DNA of 64,000 bases from Raillietiella orientalis. Taxonomy: Eukaryota. The notes beneath the pieces were generated by a model. That model was not told the origin of the DNA, did no database searches, and saw only the letters and a program-made list of their open reading frames with translations. Shown in pieces: positions 1-11,235 of this stretch; position 1 is the stretch's first letter; each line of letters starts with the position of its first letter. The stretch spans positions 434,001 through 498,000 of the forward strand of contig JAYWIR010000008.1 in assembly GCA_036172245.1 (NCBI GenBank), read 5' to 3'. The position numbers and the translations under genes were made by a program.

Positions 1-1055
1 TTCGTAGCGCCTCGGGCGGCCGAGCTACGAAACCACGTAAGGTACGGCACAGGTCGCGAGCGGTCTCCTCCGGGGGCCAACGATACACGAGACAATGGGA
101 AACGCCCCCTTCTTGCCCTCGTCGCCTCCGGTGCGTAAACGATGGCGCGCCGAGGGTGACGTCACGAAAGTGACTGACGCCCGCGGCGACAGGGAGAGGA
201 GCAGACGCACACGACGTCACTCTTCCATCCCCAAAACCTTCCCCACACTCTTTAAGCTGATGCCGAGCCCGAATGCGGGAAGAGGGCGCGAAGCTCCCGA
301 CTGGAGCTGCGGGAAAAGGAAAACGGACTTACCTTCTCTGCCGCGTGTTTCCACTTTCTCGTCCTGTCCCATAGGAGGAGGCATCCCGCGCCCGCCGCCT
401 CCAGGGCGAGTAGCAGGATCCACTGAGGACGCATGCATGACGAGGATTCCATCCTTGCTGTTTCTTCCTTCGTCCAAATCTTCTCTTGCTCGTTCTTCTG
501 GACCTTATCCTTTTCTTCTCAAAGTATGGACAATGGGGAAGATGGGATAGGATTTCGGCGTACAATGGTCAGTTGCTACGAGACCACCCTTGCAATTCCT
601 CTGCTTTCTCTTGTTCCGTCCAGCCTAGTTAGCCTGCTCGCCACTCCTCCGCCCCATTCGGGCCCCACGTCAGGCTGTCGCTTTCCCCCTTCACAACCGG
701 ACGTGTCCAACGGTGGTTGCCCAGCGCCACCGGCGTCGAAGAGGCTCTTCGTCGTGTCCTTGGGATGAAGTCGTTTCACCTTCGCCCTCGGAAGCGGGAC
801 CAACCACCCCATCGGGCGGGCCGTGGAGCCCTTGCAGCCGTCTTGCCAGCACTGCAGGAAGCACATTCAGCAGGGATGCCCCAACCGCCTAACCAAAGCC
901 GTGCGCCGCGCACGTGCCAGGGGAAGCGGCGCCTTCTTTCGTGATCCCAAGAAGCAAACCACGCAAATCCTCCTCTCCTCGTCTCCCCCTCTATCTCCGT
1001 CGGACACGCAGAAAGTCATACGCTCCCCTCCTCCCCCTCCCACACAGAAAATTAC

Positions 1056-1232
1056 TTTGCACAGGATGACGCCGTTTTCCAGAACTTCCAGGAAGTTGTC
1101 CGTGGTTACGGGCAGACAGTACAGCTGGCGGAGGCGTTCCGCGAGATCTTCCTTCATGGCGTACAGATATGTTTCCGACGATTTGAACGGTTTGTGTAGG
1201 CGTGGATCCAAGGACAACTCATTGGTCCACAT
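1056..1232 (-). CDS. GAS2L: GAS2-like protein (GAS2L/pickled-eggs family), N-terminal calponin-homology exon
   Basis: Translation [59 protein letters not shown] matches the GAS2L N-terminus ([21 protein letters not shown]...GxxLC). An in-frame GTAATT splice donor follows the K codon at 1056, where similarity stops. Confidence 0.85.
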
Positions 1233-3629
1233 TGCTGCTCGCTCGTGCCGCTCGTGGTCATCATCCTCGGCTCGCCGGATCACGCCTAATATCCAGAATC
1301 CAAGCCATCTGAGATTCAAGCGACCACTACCACCGGATGCGCTCTTTCCTCAGGGACGACCCTTCCGCGACGCACCCATTGCTGGATCCCAGAGAAACAC
1401 TGCAAAACAACCGACACGTCCATCAACAGCCACCAACACGTGTCAACAAACATCTGTTTGGCTCGTACAACACACACGCAACCACACGCTTTCCCCACGA
1501 CACTGCGGACGTCGTCGGTCCGCTTTGCATTCCCAGAAGCTTCCGGCCGACCCACCGGGCGCGCACACCTCGCCAGCACCTCTCTTCTTCCACACTGCGG
1601 AATTGGATAATGGTCGCGCACCAGCTTCCCACCAGCACCCCCGTCGGTTCGTCTCGGAAGCTTCCTCCGTGCAAGCAGCATCCCCGATTCCAAGACAAAC
1701 CGGAAACTCGTTCGCCAAAGGAACGCAGCCACCCGGCTCCCGCACCCCGTCTTCGGTCTTTTCTGAGTCCTCAGCCCAGCCCTGCTCCTACCACTTCCTT
1801 CGCAGCCACTCCCTACCGCCATGCACCGGGCCAACCTGCGGTGCTTCCCTTCCCGCCAGAGTGGCGGACGCGCTCTGCCAGCGAACAGGAGGCCCACCCG
1901 CCTGACCGGCAAGCAAGCGAAACGGCAGCTGCCACCAAAGAGCCAGAACGAAGGCGAAGCACGCCGGCCGGTGGCACCATCCTGCCGCCGATCCAGCGCT
2001 GCTGCCCCGCACTTGCCGTCTCTGGCTGCCTTTTGGCGGCTCCCAGCATCCCCAGCCACGCGACCAACTCTTCCTCGCCACCACGTCAGCGCTTCCGTCC
2101 ACGTCGCACCTCGCAGCAACGTCGCCGTCGACGCCCACCGTGCGCGCGACGGTTTGTCATAGAGTGCCGCGGGTGATGCGCCAGCTGCTGCTGGTGCCGC
2201 TGTGCAGGGTGAACCCGCGGCGGCCGCATGACAGTCGTGCCAAGTCGTCAACCCAGACCGTGGAAACGACGTAGCAGAAGGAACACCTCCGAAAGGCAAC
2301 TGACGTCAGGCAAATTGCAAACGCGTTGCAGTAAGGCAGGAAGTTGGTGCTGTTGTCTGCCGTAGGACACGGCCCAATGGCACCGCGCACGTCACTCGAA
2401 GGAAAGGTTTCGGCGCGTGGTAATGAAAGTGGCACTGAAGTGCTGCCGCGCTGCCGACAGGTACAAATCAGAAACAGGAATGGTTCGTGCGTACACATAT
2501 TGTGTGTATCGGTACATTCGCGTATGGGTCGTACGTGGGGATACGCCTGTGTGCGAATTTCAAGGTCCTCGGTGGCTGCACGTTCCGTGTCGGGCAACGG
2601 ATTCTGCGGCTGCATTTCTTCGTGGTTGCAATATGGGATCTAGGGAACTGCTACTCGCGTCTTCTCTTCGTCTTGAACCATTTCATCAGTCTGTTGGTAG
2701 AGTACAGAATCCTGCGACATGGGAAAGGCACGGTGGATGCCGAGGTGAGAGTGCTCCTTGCTGACCAATTTTCGCATGCTGTGATGTTTGAACGTCGTCA
2801 GCGCCGATCTCCCATGGAAACGGAGAACTTTGAAGGATCCAGAAATCGAATTCGACCAATCAGCTGTGAAGGGTAGCTGATGATCGCGTTGCTTTTGTAT
2901 GCATGTATGGAAAATAGCGCACCGGTCCGCCATGCTAGGTGGGTACACGCGCCTTCTACGGAGATCGGCCCACAGTTACATTAGGGAAAATGGGCACATG
3001 CTCCTGCTTGCGAAAATAGGTGAAGAACGAGAATAGTAAGCACTGCTTGCAACAACTTGGTCCTTTCCCTATTCAGGCAAGTACATGCAAGACCAAAGCC
3101 GTCGCTGATAATATCTTTGCTCGGCAGACGTGCGATGTTCGTTGCCCTTAGATATGGCGTGCACGAGTGTGCAAGAGAGCATGCAAATCATTAGTTTTGC
3201 TTGCTGCATCACCTGTAGGAACGCTTTGTTTATGCATGTGGACGAAGCACTCGTGTCTCTGCTGCTCCAGTTGCAGCCTCCGTGGCTACTCCGAGCTCAA
3301 GCCACTTACAGGACTGGGTCTTCAATCGTTCTCAGTGCGAGATAGCGAACTGAGGGGGGCAAGAGCATCGGCGTCAACAGACAACTATGAGCCTCTGGCT
3401 CATCGACATGAGCCTGCTTTCGCGTCCAGCAGCAGGTGATGAATCGCAGCCATGATTACCCTTCTCTAGCTGACGTCGGTGAAACTGTGATCCACCTAAG
3501 ACAGCAGTGAACTCGCCCTGTTGCTCTGTTGAGGATCCTCTACTGCCGCCTGTGCGTCGAAAATTTGAGCCACCAGGAAGATTGCTCGAGTGCTTACAGC
3601 TGAAACGAGCGTCCTTGGAGACCGCAATC

Positions 3630-4190
3630 ACCAGGCGTGAAGCGAAGAGTACTGAGAATACTCGCACGCCGTGTCTGCAAGATCGCTGAAACCTGCTGGT
3701 GTCATCGGGACCACAGGATCGACAGAGCTGGAAAAAACAGTATCAAGAGACTGCTCGCTATTACGTGACCACCGGATGCTGAGGGACGCGCGAGATTCGG
3801 ATCCGGCGGGCACTCCGGCACGAAGGCGCATGCAGGAAATGAATTTCCGCACTCTTCGTCGGAAGGATTCTTCGTAGTCCTCGCAGGACTCTGCACACTT
3901 CGAGAGGTTTCGAATCCGGAGACATCCCGTTCCCGCCCTGCCTTCCCCTTGCCAGCGTGTGGCTGCTGCTTCGCGAGCCAGGAGCAGCTGGTCAGCTTGA
4001 GGTCTCCGATACGCTTCTACAAGAAACCCGCATACTCGGCACTCCGCGCTCTCGCAGCGGCAGATGAGCTCATCGGGAATTGTCCTGGGGCCTCCGTTCA
4101 GCTCCCATGCACTCCTCCCCCAAGACACGCAGCCTTGGCAACGAACAAGACGGGATAAGTGGGGCACGGTAGCACGTGTGCATCGATTCA
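3630..4190 (-). mobile_element. Degenerate non-LTR retrotransposon ORF2 C-terminal (zinc-finger) fragment
   Basis: ORF 3628..4191 has ...ICRCESAECRVCGFL... in the context typical of the LINE ORF2 C-terminal CxxC region. Confidence 0.4.
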
Positions 4191-4429
4191 CTGCATTCTC
4201 TCTTCCTGAAGTTTACAACCATGTCGCCTCCTTCGCGACAGTTCCTTCGCTTCCTTCGTGACGCAGCCAACACGTAGAACACGCATTCGTTGATAACGTG
4301 TTTCATGCGCGACCCAACCAATCCTGCTCGTCTTTCTTGTGCCACCTCATGACCCTGAACTGGAGACTCTTTTCCCCGATTCCTTCCACGGAATGCCCAC
4401 CGTTGCGCGAGGGTTCCCCTCGTCACCTC

Positions 4430-4910
4430 CACACGCATCTGCCACTGCAGGACACTGCACGGTTGGACCCCGGGTCAGCTCAGAGAGCTGCAACCCAGGT
4501 CTCTCAACGAAAAGCACTCTTGCGCTGTGGCGAGTCGCTGGGAATCTCCGGGAAGACTTCGAGTGGCCTCTAATACTGCGGAACTCCCGCACCCTCCCTT
4601 TCAAGTAGCAGGAGTCGGTGACCCTGCTGCTGCACTGGGACCTTCTGTGCAACGCCTCCTGACATCATAGACCGGGGAGGAGGGGATCAGACTGCAGCAG
4701 GAGCGGAGAACGTGAATTCCTCTCGCACCTGCTCGTGGGCTGGGTTGTCCTGCAATGTTGTGGGAACGTTTTCCCACGACGCTGCCAACCCCAGAGACCG
4801 TTTGAAACGCCCCTCCAGTGCGCGACGTTCTACTGCCGGCCGTATCCCCAGCAGTACTTTGCCGCCTACCCGGGGTTGAGGCTGCCTAAAACCGGGAGGA
4901 GGAGAACATC
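4430..4910 (+). mobile_element. Tx1/L1-like LINE 3' fragment
   Basis: Reads QESVTLLLHWDLLCNAS*HHRPGRRGSDCSRSGEREFLSHLLV, homologous to KWQDSALQWLHLEVPCNARVHHWTRG..DCSRCEERETFLHLLL in the full-length copy and to 33330-33630. Confidence 0.7.
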
Positions 4911-5271
4911 AGGGAACATCAGGCCAAACTGCTCAGGGCGTGCCGAGCACACGAAGGAGAGCATCAATAAGCGAAAAAATGTCGCTTCCGAGTAAGAAAG
5001 AGTCTTCTCACAGGCTTCTTCTCTTGAGCAGGGCCACACCCCTCTACAGCAGTGGTCAGAAGGAGAGCTTTTGCTGTCTTTCTGGTGTGTCTCTGGGCTC
5101 CGGGCAAGCCACGAGCCTTGCGCGATGGTGTCAGCACAGCCTGGCATAGGTGCTGCTGCCATCTTTGCCGTGGAAAGCTCTTGAGGAGGGAAAGTACGCG
5201 TCGTCCTCATCAGGAGAACGTCTCATCGGTGAGCGCGAGAGGGCTGCAACCTGCCTCTCCCAACTACCTCA

Positions 5272-5753
5272 AAGTGCTAAAGGATTAGCCGCCTTAAGAA
5301 GGCGACTGGTTCTTAAGGGGGGCTCACGTGGTTCTTTGACAATGTATATGCCATTCGGGGGTGCGTGTTAACTCTTCAAGTTAGAGTTACCCTAGAAGGA
5401 AACCATTCTATGAATCAGGGAAGGCTCCAGAGGAAGGAGTCTATTCCTCTCACTCTTAGGAGGGAAACCTGAAGGGAACCCTACTCTCTGGTTCTCTCCT
5501 AAGGGAACTTCTTTATTCTCTAAGGAGGGATCCCCCGGAGGGGCCGCTTCCTCGAAGGGATCCCGGAAAGGATCCGCTCCTGGAATTTTCTCTCTGAAGG
5601 GAGCCCGCAAGGGGGTCGCACCTTCTTTCCTCCTCTGAAGAGAGCTCCAAAGGGATGCTTCCAATTTCTCTGGAGGACACTCCCCGAAGGGAGCGACGCT
5701 CTTGACACTCTGGAGAAGCAACCCCCCGAGGGGGGCACCAAACTGCTCCATTA
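5272..5753 (-). mobile_element. Element X (SINE-like), 3' half
   Basis: Aligns by eye with 32840-33070, 42930-43240 and 50300-50810 (shared TATGAATC(C)AGG(G)AAGGCTCC and CCCCGAAGGGAG motifs). Directly abuts the LINE 3' terminus at 5754. Confidence 0.75.
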
Positions 5754-6019
5754 TTTTCTCCCGGTCACGCCAGGACGTTAATTGTAAAAAAAAATATTTA
5801 CAAAAAACAGTTATATAAAATGCAAAAAAATGTCTTTCTTGGTAGTGGCTTCACATCACTAATACGAAGGGAAGGCCTCGGAGGCGCTGCTTCTCGTGAG
5901 CATCTGTCTCGATGAGGTCCGCACAGGAGAACTGGAGGAAGGGAAGGGATAAAGAAAAAGGCAAAAAAAACACGAAAGTTCAGTTTAAAAATGTATTGGG
6001 GGGGAGGGAAGGAAAGTAA

Positions 6020-9000
6020 TCAGAGATTTCTTTCCAGCGTCCTCAGCATCCTTTGGAGGATATTGGCAACTTCCTCCATTTGTTGACAGAGGTGTGGCCA
6101 TCCTGTCGCCTTCCTCCCCAGACTTCCTACGCGCCCTCCATCGAGGAAGAGGACAAGAGCCGAATTTCTCGTTAGAAGACCAAAAGATTGACATGACCTC
6201 ATTCTTCGACTGGACTCTTTCGGCGCGACTTCTCGCCGCCATGATCCCACGAAGGCAGCACGGAACTGCGAGGGAAGCTGCAGGTGACATCGAGTTGCGC
6301 GTGAAGAGACACAGCAAAAACCTCTCTGCAGTTGCCCATCGGTAGTGGGAAAACCGGAGCGAAGCATTCCTATACACTCAGGAGGGCAACACTATCCAAC
6401 AGCAGGTGCAGGAAGGTCTCCCGTTCCTCACACCTGGAACAGTCTGGGGCCGCACTTCCTCTTGTCCAGTGGTGGACTCGTGCATTGCATGGGACCTCCA
6501 AGTGCAACCACTGCAATGCTGAGTCTTGCCACTTCAAGGGAAGCTTGGAGCTGTCCACAAACACTGGCGGTATTTCTGCCTCTTCAGGAGGAGTGCCCAA
6601 GAGATCCACTCAGCGACGAATGCCTTTGGGAGGGGCATCAGGGTCACATGCGTCAACTAGTTGACATCCGTTCTTTTTTCCCGCAATCTCGCAGGATACT
6701 TCCCATCTTGCGAGCGCATCTCTATTTCCACTTTGTAGTAGGGTGTCCAGCGTGGACGCAAGTGGGGTGTTCTGCGCCCAGGTGGTCTTCCGTGGGCACT
6801 CCATGATTTCCTGCAGCGAGCAGCGAGCGCAGTTCGAGAATCGCAGGCATCGCGACTGCTCCGGGCTCGTGCCGTTTCTTTCCACCCACGCGGCTCCTGT
6901 TTCCAGGCACTACAGCTGGCGGGCGGCAGGAAATCCATCTGCTTTCCTGCACCAAGGCAACCATTTGCTGGAGTTGGCATTCGCATCGGGGCAACTCTCG
7001 GTGGCCATGCACGAGGAACGCACCGCGTCCCTCTGAGCCGGCTGCTACTTTGGCCAGGAGTCTGCCTGGGACGCATCAAAGTGTGGTCCAGAACTTCGCC
7101 ACTACGGCTAATCTTCTACACTGGAGCTGACGCTCCACCCTCTCCAACGTCAGGACACCGAGTCCGTCGTCCCGGCGCGACGCCCAAAAGTCGGACCTGG
7201 GAACTCTGCGTTTTCAAGAAGGCTTTTCGCAAAAGGTCCTTGGACCGCCTTTTTACATCTCCAGGGTGAAGGTAAACAAAAAGCAGGGATAGGACGAAAG
7301 GAACCACAAACGTGTCCCACAGGACAGATCGTTCCGGAAAAAGGGACCTGTCATTCAAGAATGGACTGAGGGCGATTCTGTCTTTTGGAGGCAACCGGAC
7401 CAGGCAGCTGCTGCGCAGAAGTTCCCCAACGGGACTCGCGGTACTTGAAGCACCTGACTGACCGTTGGGATCCCCATACGGATCCAGTCCTATTGCCCTG
7501 CTCACCCTGCACCAACGGGAAGCACAGTCGACTTGGCCCTGTTTCTACGTCTGCCAGCTCCCCGGTGGATCAGTTCGAGGAATTCTTCGAGCTATCCTAC
7601 CGGGGCTGACTTGGGTAGCAGGAGCAGAAGATCGTCGGCCTAGGCGGACACAGCAGGCGTGCCGGGGCACATGCTGCGAAGGGCATCAGGTGTACACTCT
7701 CAGCACCAGTTCGACTCAGATGCTGTAGAACAACGGGCTCAGGCTGTCTCCTTGCCGAATCCCGTTCTGCACCGGTACGCCGAAGACGTGTCGGTCGCTG
7801 GACAAAACTTATAATCATCGCGTTGCGCCAGTAGGAGCGCAGGTAGTCCAAGAGGACATCCGACAATCTCATGCGTTCCAGAAGCTCCAAAAGGAGCTCC
7901 TGGTCGACCAGTCGAATGCCTTTTGCAACCGCAAGGACTCCTGATGCCTCCGACTCCACATGACCTCTCGATCCCTGGCCATCTCGGAATTCAGGAACCC
8001 TTTGGCTGACTGGCTCAACCCTTTGTTGCGACTGAAGCCAGGAGCTGACCAGGAACGAAGCATGGAAACCATGGTTTCCATGCTTCGTACGGAAACAGCG
8101 TAAGCCTGTTCCGGACTGATGAACGTTTCCGCCAACCGCCCCAGGCGTTCAGTCCATAGCTTCTCGAGCAGCTTGGCGTCCGTGTTGATTACGGTAATAG
8201 GACGCCAGTAGCTTATGTTGCGGAGGTCTCCTCCCATTGGAAGGAGACGTACTCTTGCTGATGGGAAGGAGGCGGATACCTCGCCTGTCTCCCGAATCAG
8301 CGTGCGTATACGATGCACCTGTGGAGTCAGCTCTGCCTCGGAACACTGGCGAAATTCAGCCGGCAGACCATCCTCCCATGCCGTGCTTTCCTCCTCTTGA
8401 GCTGGCCGATGGCGGAGATGTTCGGTGGCGCTCTCCCGTACAAGGAGGAGCAAAATTGGAGCACGATGCATTGTACGTGTGCCGGGGACGAGCGCTCCTG
8501 GCCCTGGTCGTCCAATAAGCTGGTTCCCCTGAGTGCCAGGCTTGTCTCTCAGCCAGATGACGAATCTCTGGCTTTTTCTGAAGCACCGAGCTTGGAGATA
8601 CGCGCGCTCATCGCGCATTCCCTCACCAACCCGGCGGAGGATGGGGGGGATCTACAGGGAACCCGTGCAGAACTCTCGAACCGAGCACTTCATCTCGTCC
8701 TAGTTTTCGAGTTGCTGCACGTCTGCATCTCGCAGGAAGCAACAGAAGTGTTCCGCAGCCTCTGGGAGGTGGGGCTAATGCCTTGGTAGGTGCCGCGAGC
8801 TGCAAGAGGGATCATTCCCGCGTGGAAGTACTTCCAGCTCAATTCGGTCGTGATCCGACAACGTAGTTCTCGACTTTCCACAATAACCGATCCGCGCCTG
8901 CAGGTGGTCGTCGAGGAAGACGTGATCGCTGCTGCCTTCCATGCCAATGACCCCAGTCAGCAAGTTGCACGTGTGCATTGCTGCGCACATCTTGTTAACC

Positions 9001-9534
9001 AGGTTGAGCTGGCCACTACACCTTCCTGAAAGCAAGGTGATGTTGAAATCTCCCACTATCATGTGGACTCTTTGCACGCCTACTTCCACCAAACATTCGC
9101 GCTTCGGGACTTCGACGAATCCGGTCCTCGTCCCGCTCATGTTGGATCCTCTTGGTGCGTATATATTGGTCACGAAAAGGTCGATCGATTCGGACCATTT
9201 GAGAACGAGTTGTCCAACTCGACCTTCCTCATCGAACTGAACGTCTCGTACGGCGCTCTCCATGGTTGGTTTCAGCGAAAAGGCGACCTCTAACGAGTGC
9301 GTCGAGCCGAGCCCGCAACGCCCATGCAGCTGGCCGCCTCCGATCGCTTCAATTCCCTGGATCTCTTCCGCAGAGATCTTCTCTCTTGGAGATCTCTTGC
9401 AGAAACCCCAGGTCGAACCGTCGCAAAGAGGCAGGTGCGTCCCGTCTCCTGCCGTCGTCGCGCAGCCCGTTGACGTGCCACCAGGCTACACGTAGTCTCC
9501 GGAGGGGGCCGGGAGCACGCTTGACTCCTGGCAT
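6020..9534 (-). pseudogene. LINE ORF2 (APE endonuclease - reverse transcriptase - zinc finger), many stops and frameshifts
   Basis: EN motifs LRVAWWHVNGL, FLQE, NIYAP, VGDFN, SDH. RT motifs YWRPITVINTDAKLL, LQKAFD, GIRQGDSLSP. YADD is mutated to TAG-GCC-GAC-GAT at 7643-7632. C-terminal CSRC...ETFLHLL. Confidence 0.9.
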
Positions 9535-9599
9535 GTCGTACTGCGGTTCCCACCAGGTGCTCAGGCGGGATGGTCAGTGATGAAGGAGATAAAGGGATG

Positions 9600-11066
9600 A
9601 TCTTTTTCTATCTTCTGCTCCTCCACCTTCTGTAGTAAAGGATCCTTTCCTAGCAGAACTCCTTGGAACCAGCATGCATCCTCTCGGCTTCTAGAGCTGA
9701 TGCACCCTTTCCCTGTAGGGATGCATTCTTCCTCGGGGCCTTGGGCCTCTTTAAGGAGGTTTCCGTTGCTTCCGAGTCTCTTCTGGAGCTTACCTTATCC
9801 AGGCCGGAGTCGAAAGCCATGCTGAGTTGCCTTCACAGCGGGACGCCTCACAGCCTTGCTTTTTTTTTTTTTTGAGGCCTTTACTTTCGAAAGCGCTGGC
9901 GTCACCACCTTCTCCGAAAAGATGGCAGCAGCGCTGCAACAGCCTCCGTCGCTATTGATGGGCTCGTCGATCACGCTTTTCAAGGCTGCTTCTCACGCTT
10001 TTCACGACGCTGTCGATCGTATCGTCGATCGCGCTAATCTGCTGAAGTGCCGCCTTGCGGTCCTGCGGCTGCCTAACGGTCGCCTCCGCGTTGTCGCGAT
10101 TTTTTTCGGCTTTGGGAGGTCTCTTGCTTTTCTTTTTCGGTTGTTACCACTTGCCATCCCGTTTCGTCAGTCACAACTTCCACTCTTTTGGAAGTTCGCT
10201 TCGATGAATTCTGGTTGGAGTGCGGTGGGCATCCTTCCTTCCTCCTTTTGCTTCCGTTCTTTTCCTCGCGCTGTCTCTTCTGTTTTGTGCTCGGAACTTC
10301 ACGGACGAGTCTTCTGGGGCACGCAAACGTCATAGGGCCTCCAGTCCGTTGCCATGGCAAGTAATTTCTGGACATCTTCCCTTCAGGCGCCCTGTCCCAT
10401 TGCAATGACTGCATAATCTCGGTTCTCCGGGCAACCAGAGATCGGCGTAAAGTTCCCCGATTTCCATCCGGTAGGGAAGCTGCTTTCCTTCGTGTACGGT
10501 CATGCGTGCTGCAACCAAGCCGCTATACAGTCCCTTATACCGGGGAGCAAGTCTGGTTTGGCTCAGTACTCGTGGGCCGTCGCGTATTCTTTGAGCTGAC
10601 GGAGGACCTCACGCACGTCCATCTGCAGCCGTAAACCTCGTGGGTAGACCACTCCTGAGTGGTCCCCCATTCTAGTATAGAGCCTCTTGCCTTCGATGGT
10701 TTTGGTGGTGTTCAGCAGTCGCTGAGCAGAAGCTGCCTCTTTGCAGATCAGCTCAACAACTTCTCCCCCGCTCGCCACAGAGAGTCCTTCGAGGTATTCC
10801 TTCTCGACGATCGCGTCTCGTGACCCCTCCTCAAAGGAACGCGCAATGGACGCTAAGCCTAATGGACTTACCTTGTAGAGCAGGACGGGACGCTAATTCT
10901 GGGTCACAAATGCTTCCGTTTCTGCCTGGTTACCGGTCCCTGGCAGCCGACACCACTTTGCTCCATCCTCGGAAGCGATAGCTTCCGTCTCCATCGGGAT
11001 TGGTGGTGAAGTATTCGCATCACCTCCGCCCTCCATAGCGGCAACTATGTTTGGCATTTGTGTCAT
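9600..11066 (-). pseudogene. LINE ORF1 (RRM-like region + CCHC zinc knuckle + K/R/S-rich tail), frameshifted
   Basis: GVVYPRGLRLQMDVREVLRQLKEY... and GLVAARMTVHEGKQLPYRMEIGELYADLWLPGEPRLCSHCNGTGRLKGRCP (CX2CX4[H>R]X4C), as in Tx1-type ORF1. Confidence 0.75.
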
Positions 11067-11159
11067 TACGCTGCCACATCCACAACCACCATACAACTTT
11101 GAAGAAAAAAACAAAAAGAAACGCACCACTCGTTGAAATTGGCGGAGCGTCGCGAAGCG

Positions 11160-11235
11160 CGTTCATCCTTCACGGGTATTCGAACCCGCAACCTTTGGTG
11201 CCGAGTTCGGAGAACGTAGCCACACTTCCTCCAAA
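11160..11235 (-). promoter_or_regulatory. tRNA-like head with Pol III B-box-like motif (same head as element X)
   Basis: Minus strand GGAGG..GTGGCTACGTTCTCCG..GGCACCAAAGGTTGCGGGTTCGAATACCCG forms a T-arm-like stem. Same motif at ~25105, ~32563, ~44610 and ~51135. Confidence 0.55.

Larger units (their letters stand above)
5754..11150 (-). mobile_element. Near full-length but inactivated L1/Tx1-clade LINE (ORF1 + APE-RT ORF2 + T-rich 3' UTR)
   Basis: ORF1 zinc knuckle, APE endonuclease, RT and C-terminal CxxC motifs occur in the correct order on the minus strand. 3' terminus AATTAA-CGTCCTGGCGTGACCGGGAG-AAAA at 5783-5754. Confidence 0.9.

Noticed and set aside
332..500. Second GAS2-like exon ending at a GTAAGT donor (~331)
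   Set aside because: The donor is good, but the translation shows no CH-domain similarity and the acceptor and frame are ambiguous.
823..2299. Long overlapping ORFs of 360, 327 and 279 aa
   Set aside because: Low-complexity R/P/S/A products typical of GC-rich non-coding sequence, partly antisense to the GAS2-like exon; more likely a promoter or 5' region.
11160..11235. Functional tRNA gene (also ~25070, ~32530, ~44620, ~51150)
   Set aside because: Only the T-arm/B-box is recognisable; there is no intact acceptor stem or D-arm and the T-loop has 8 nt.
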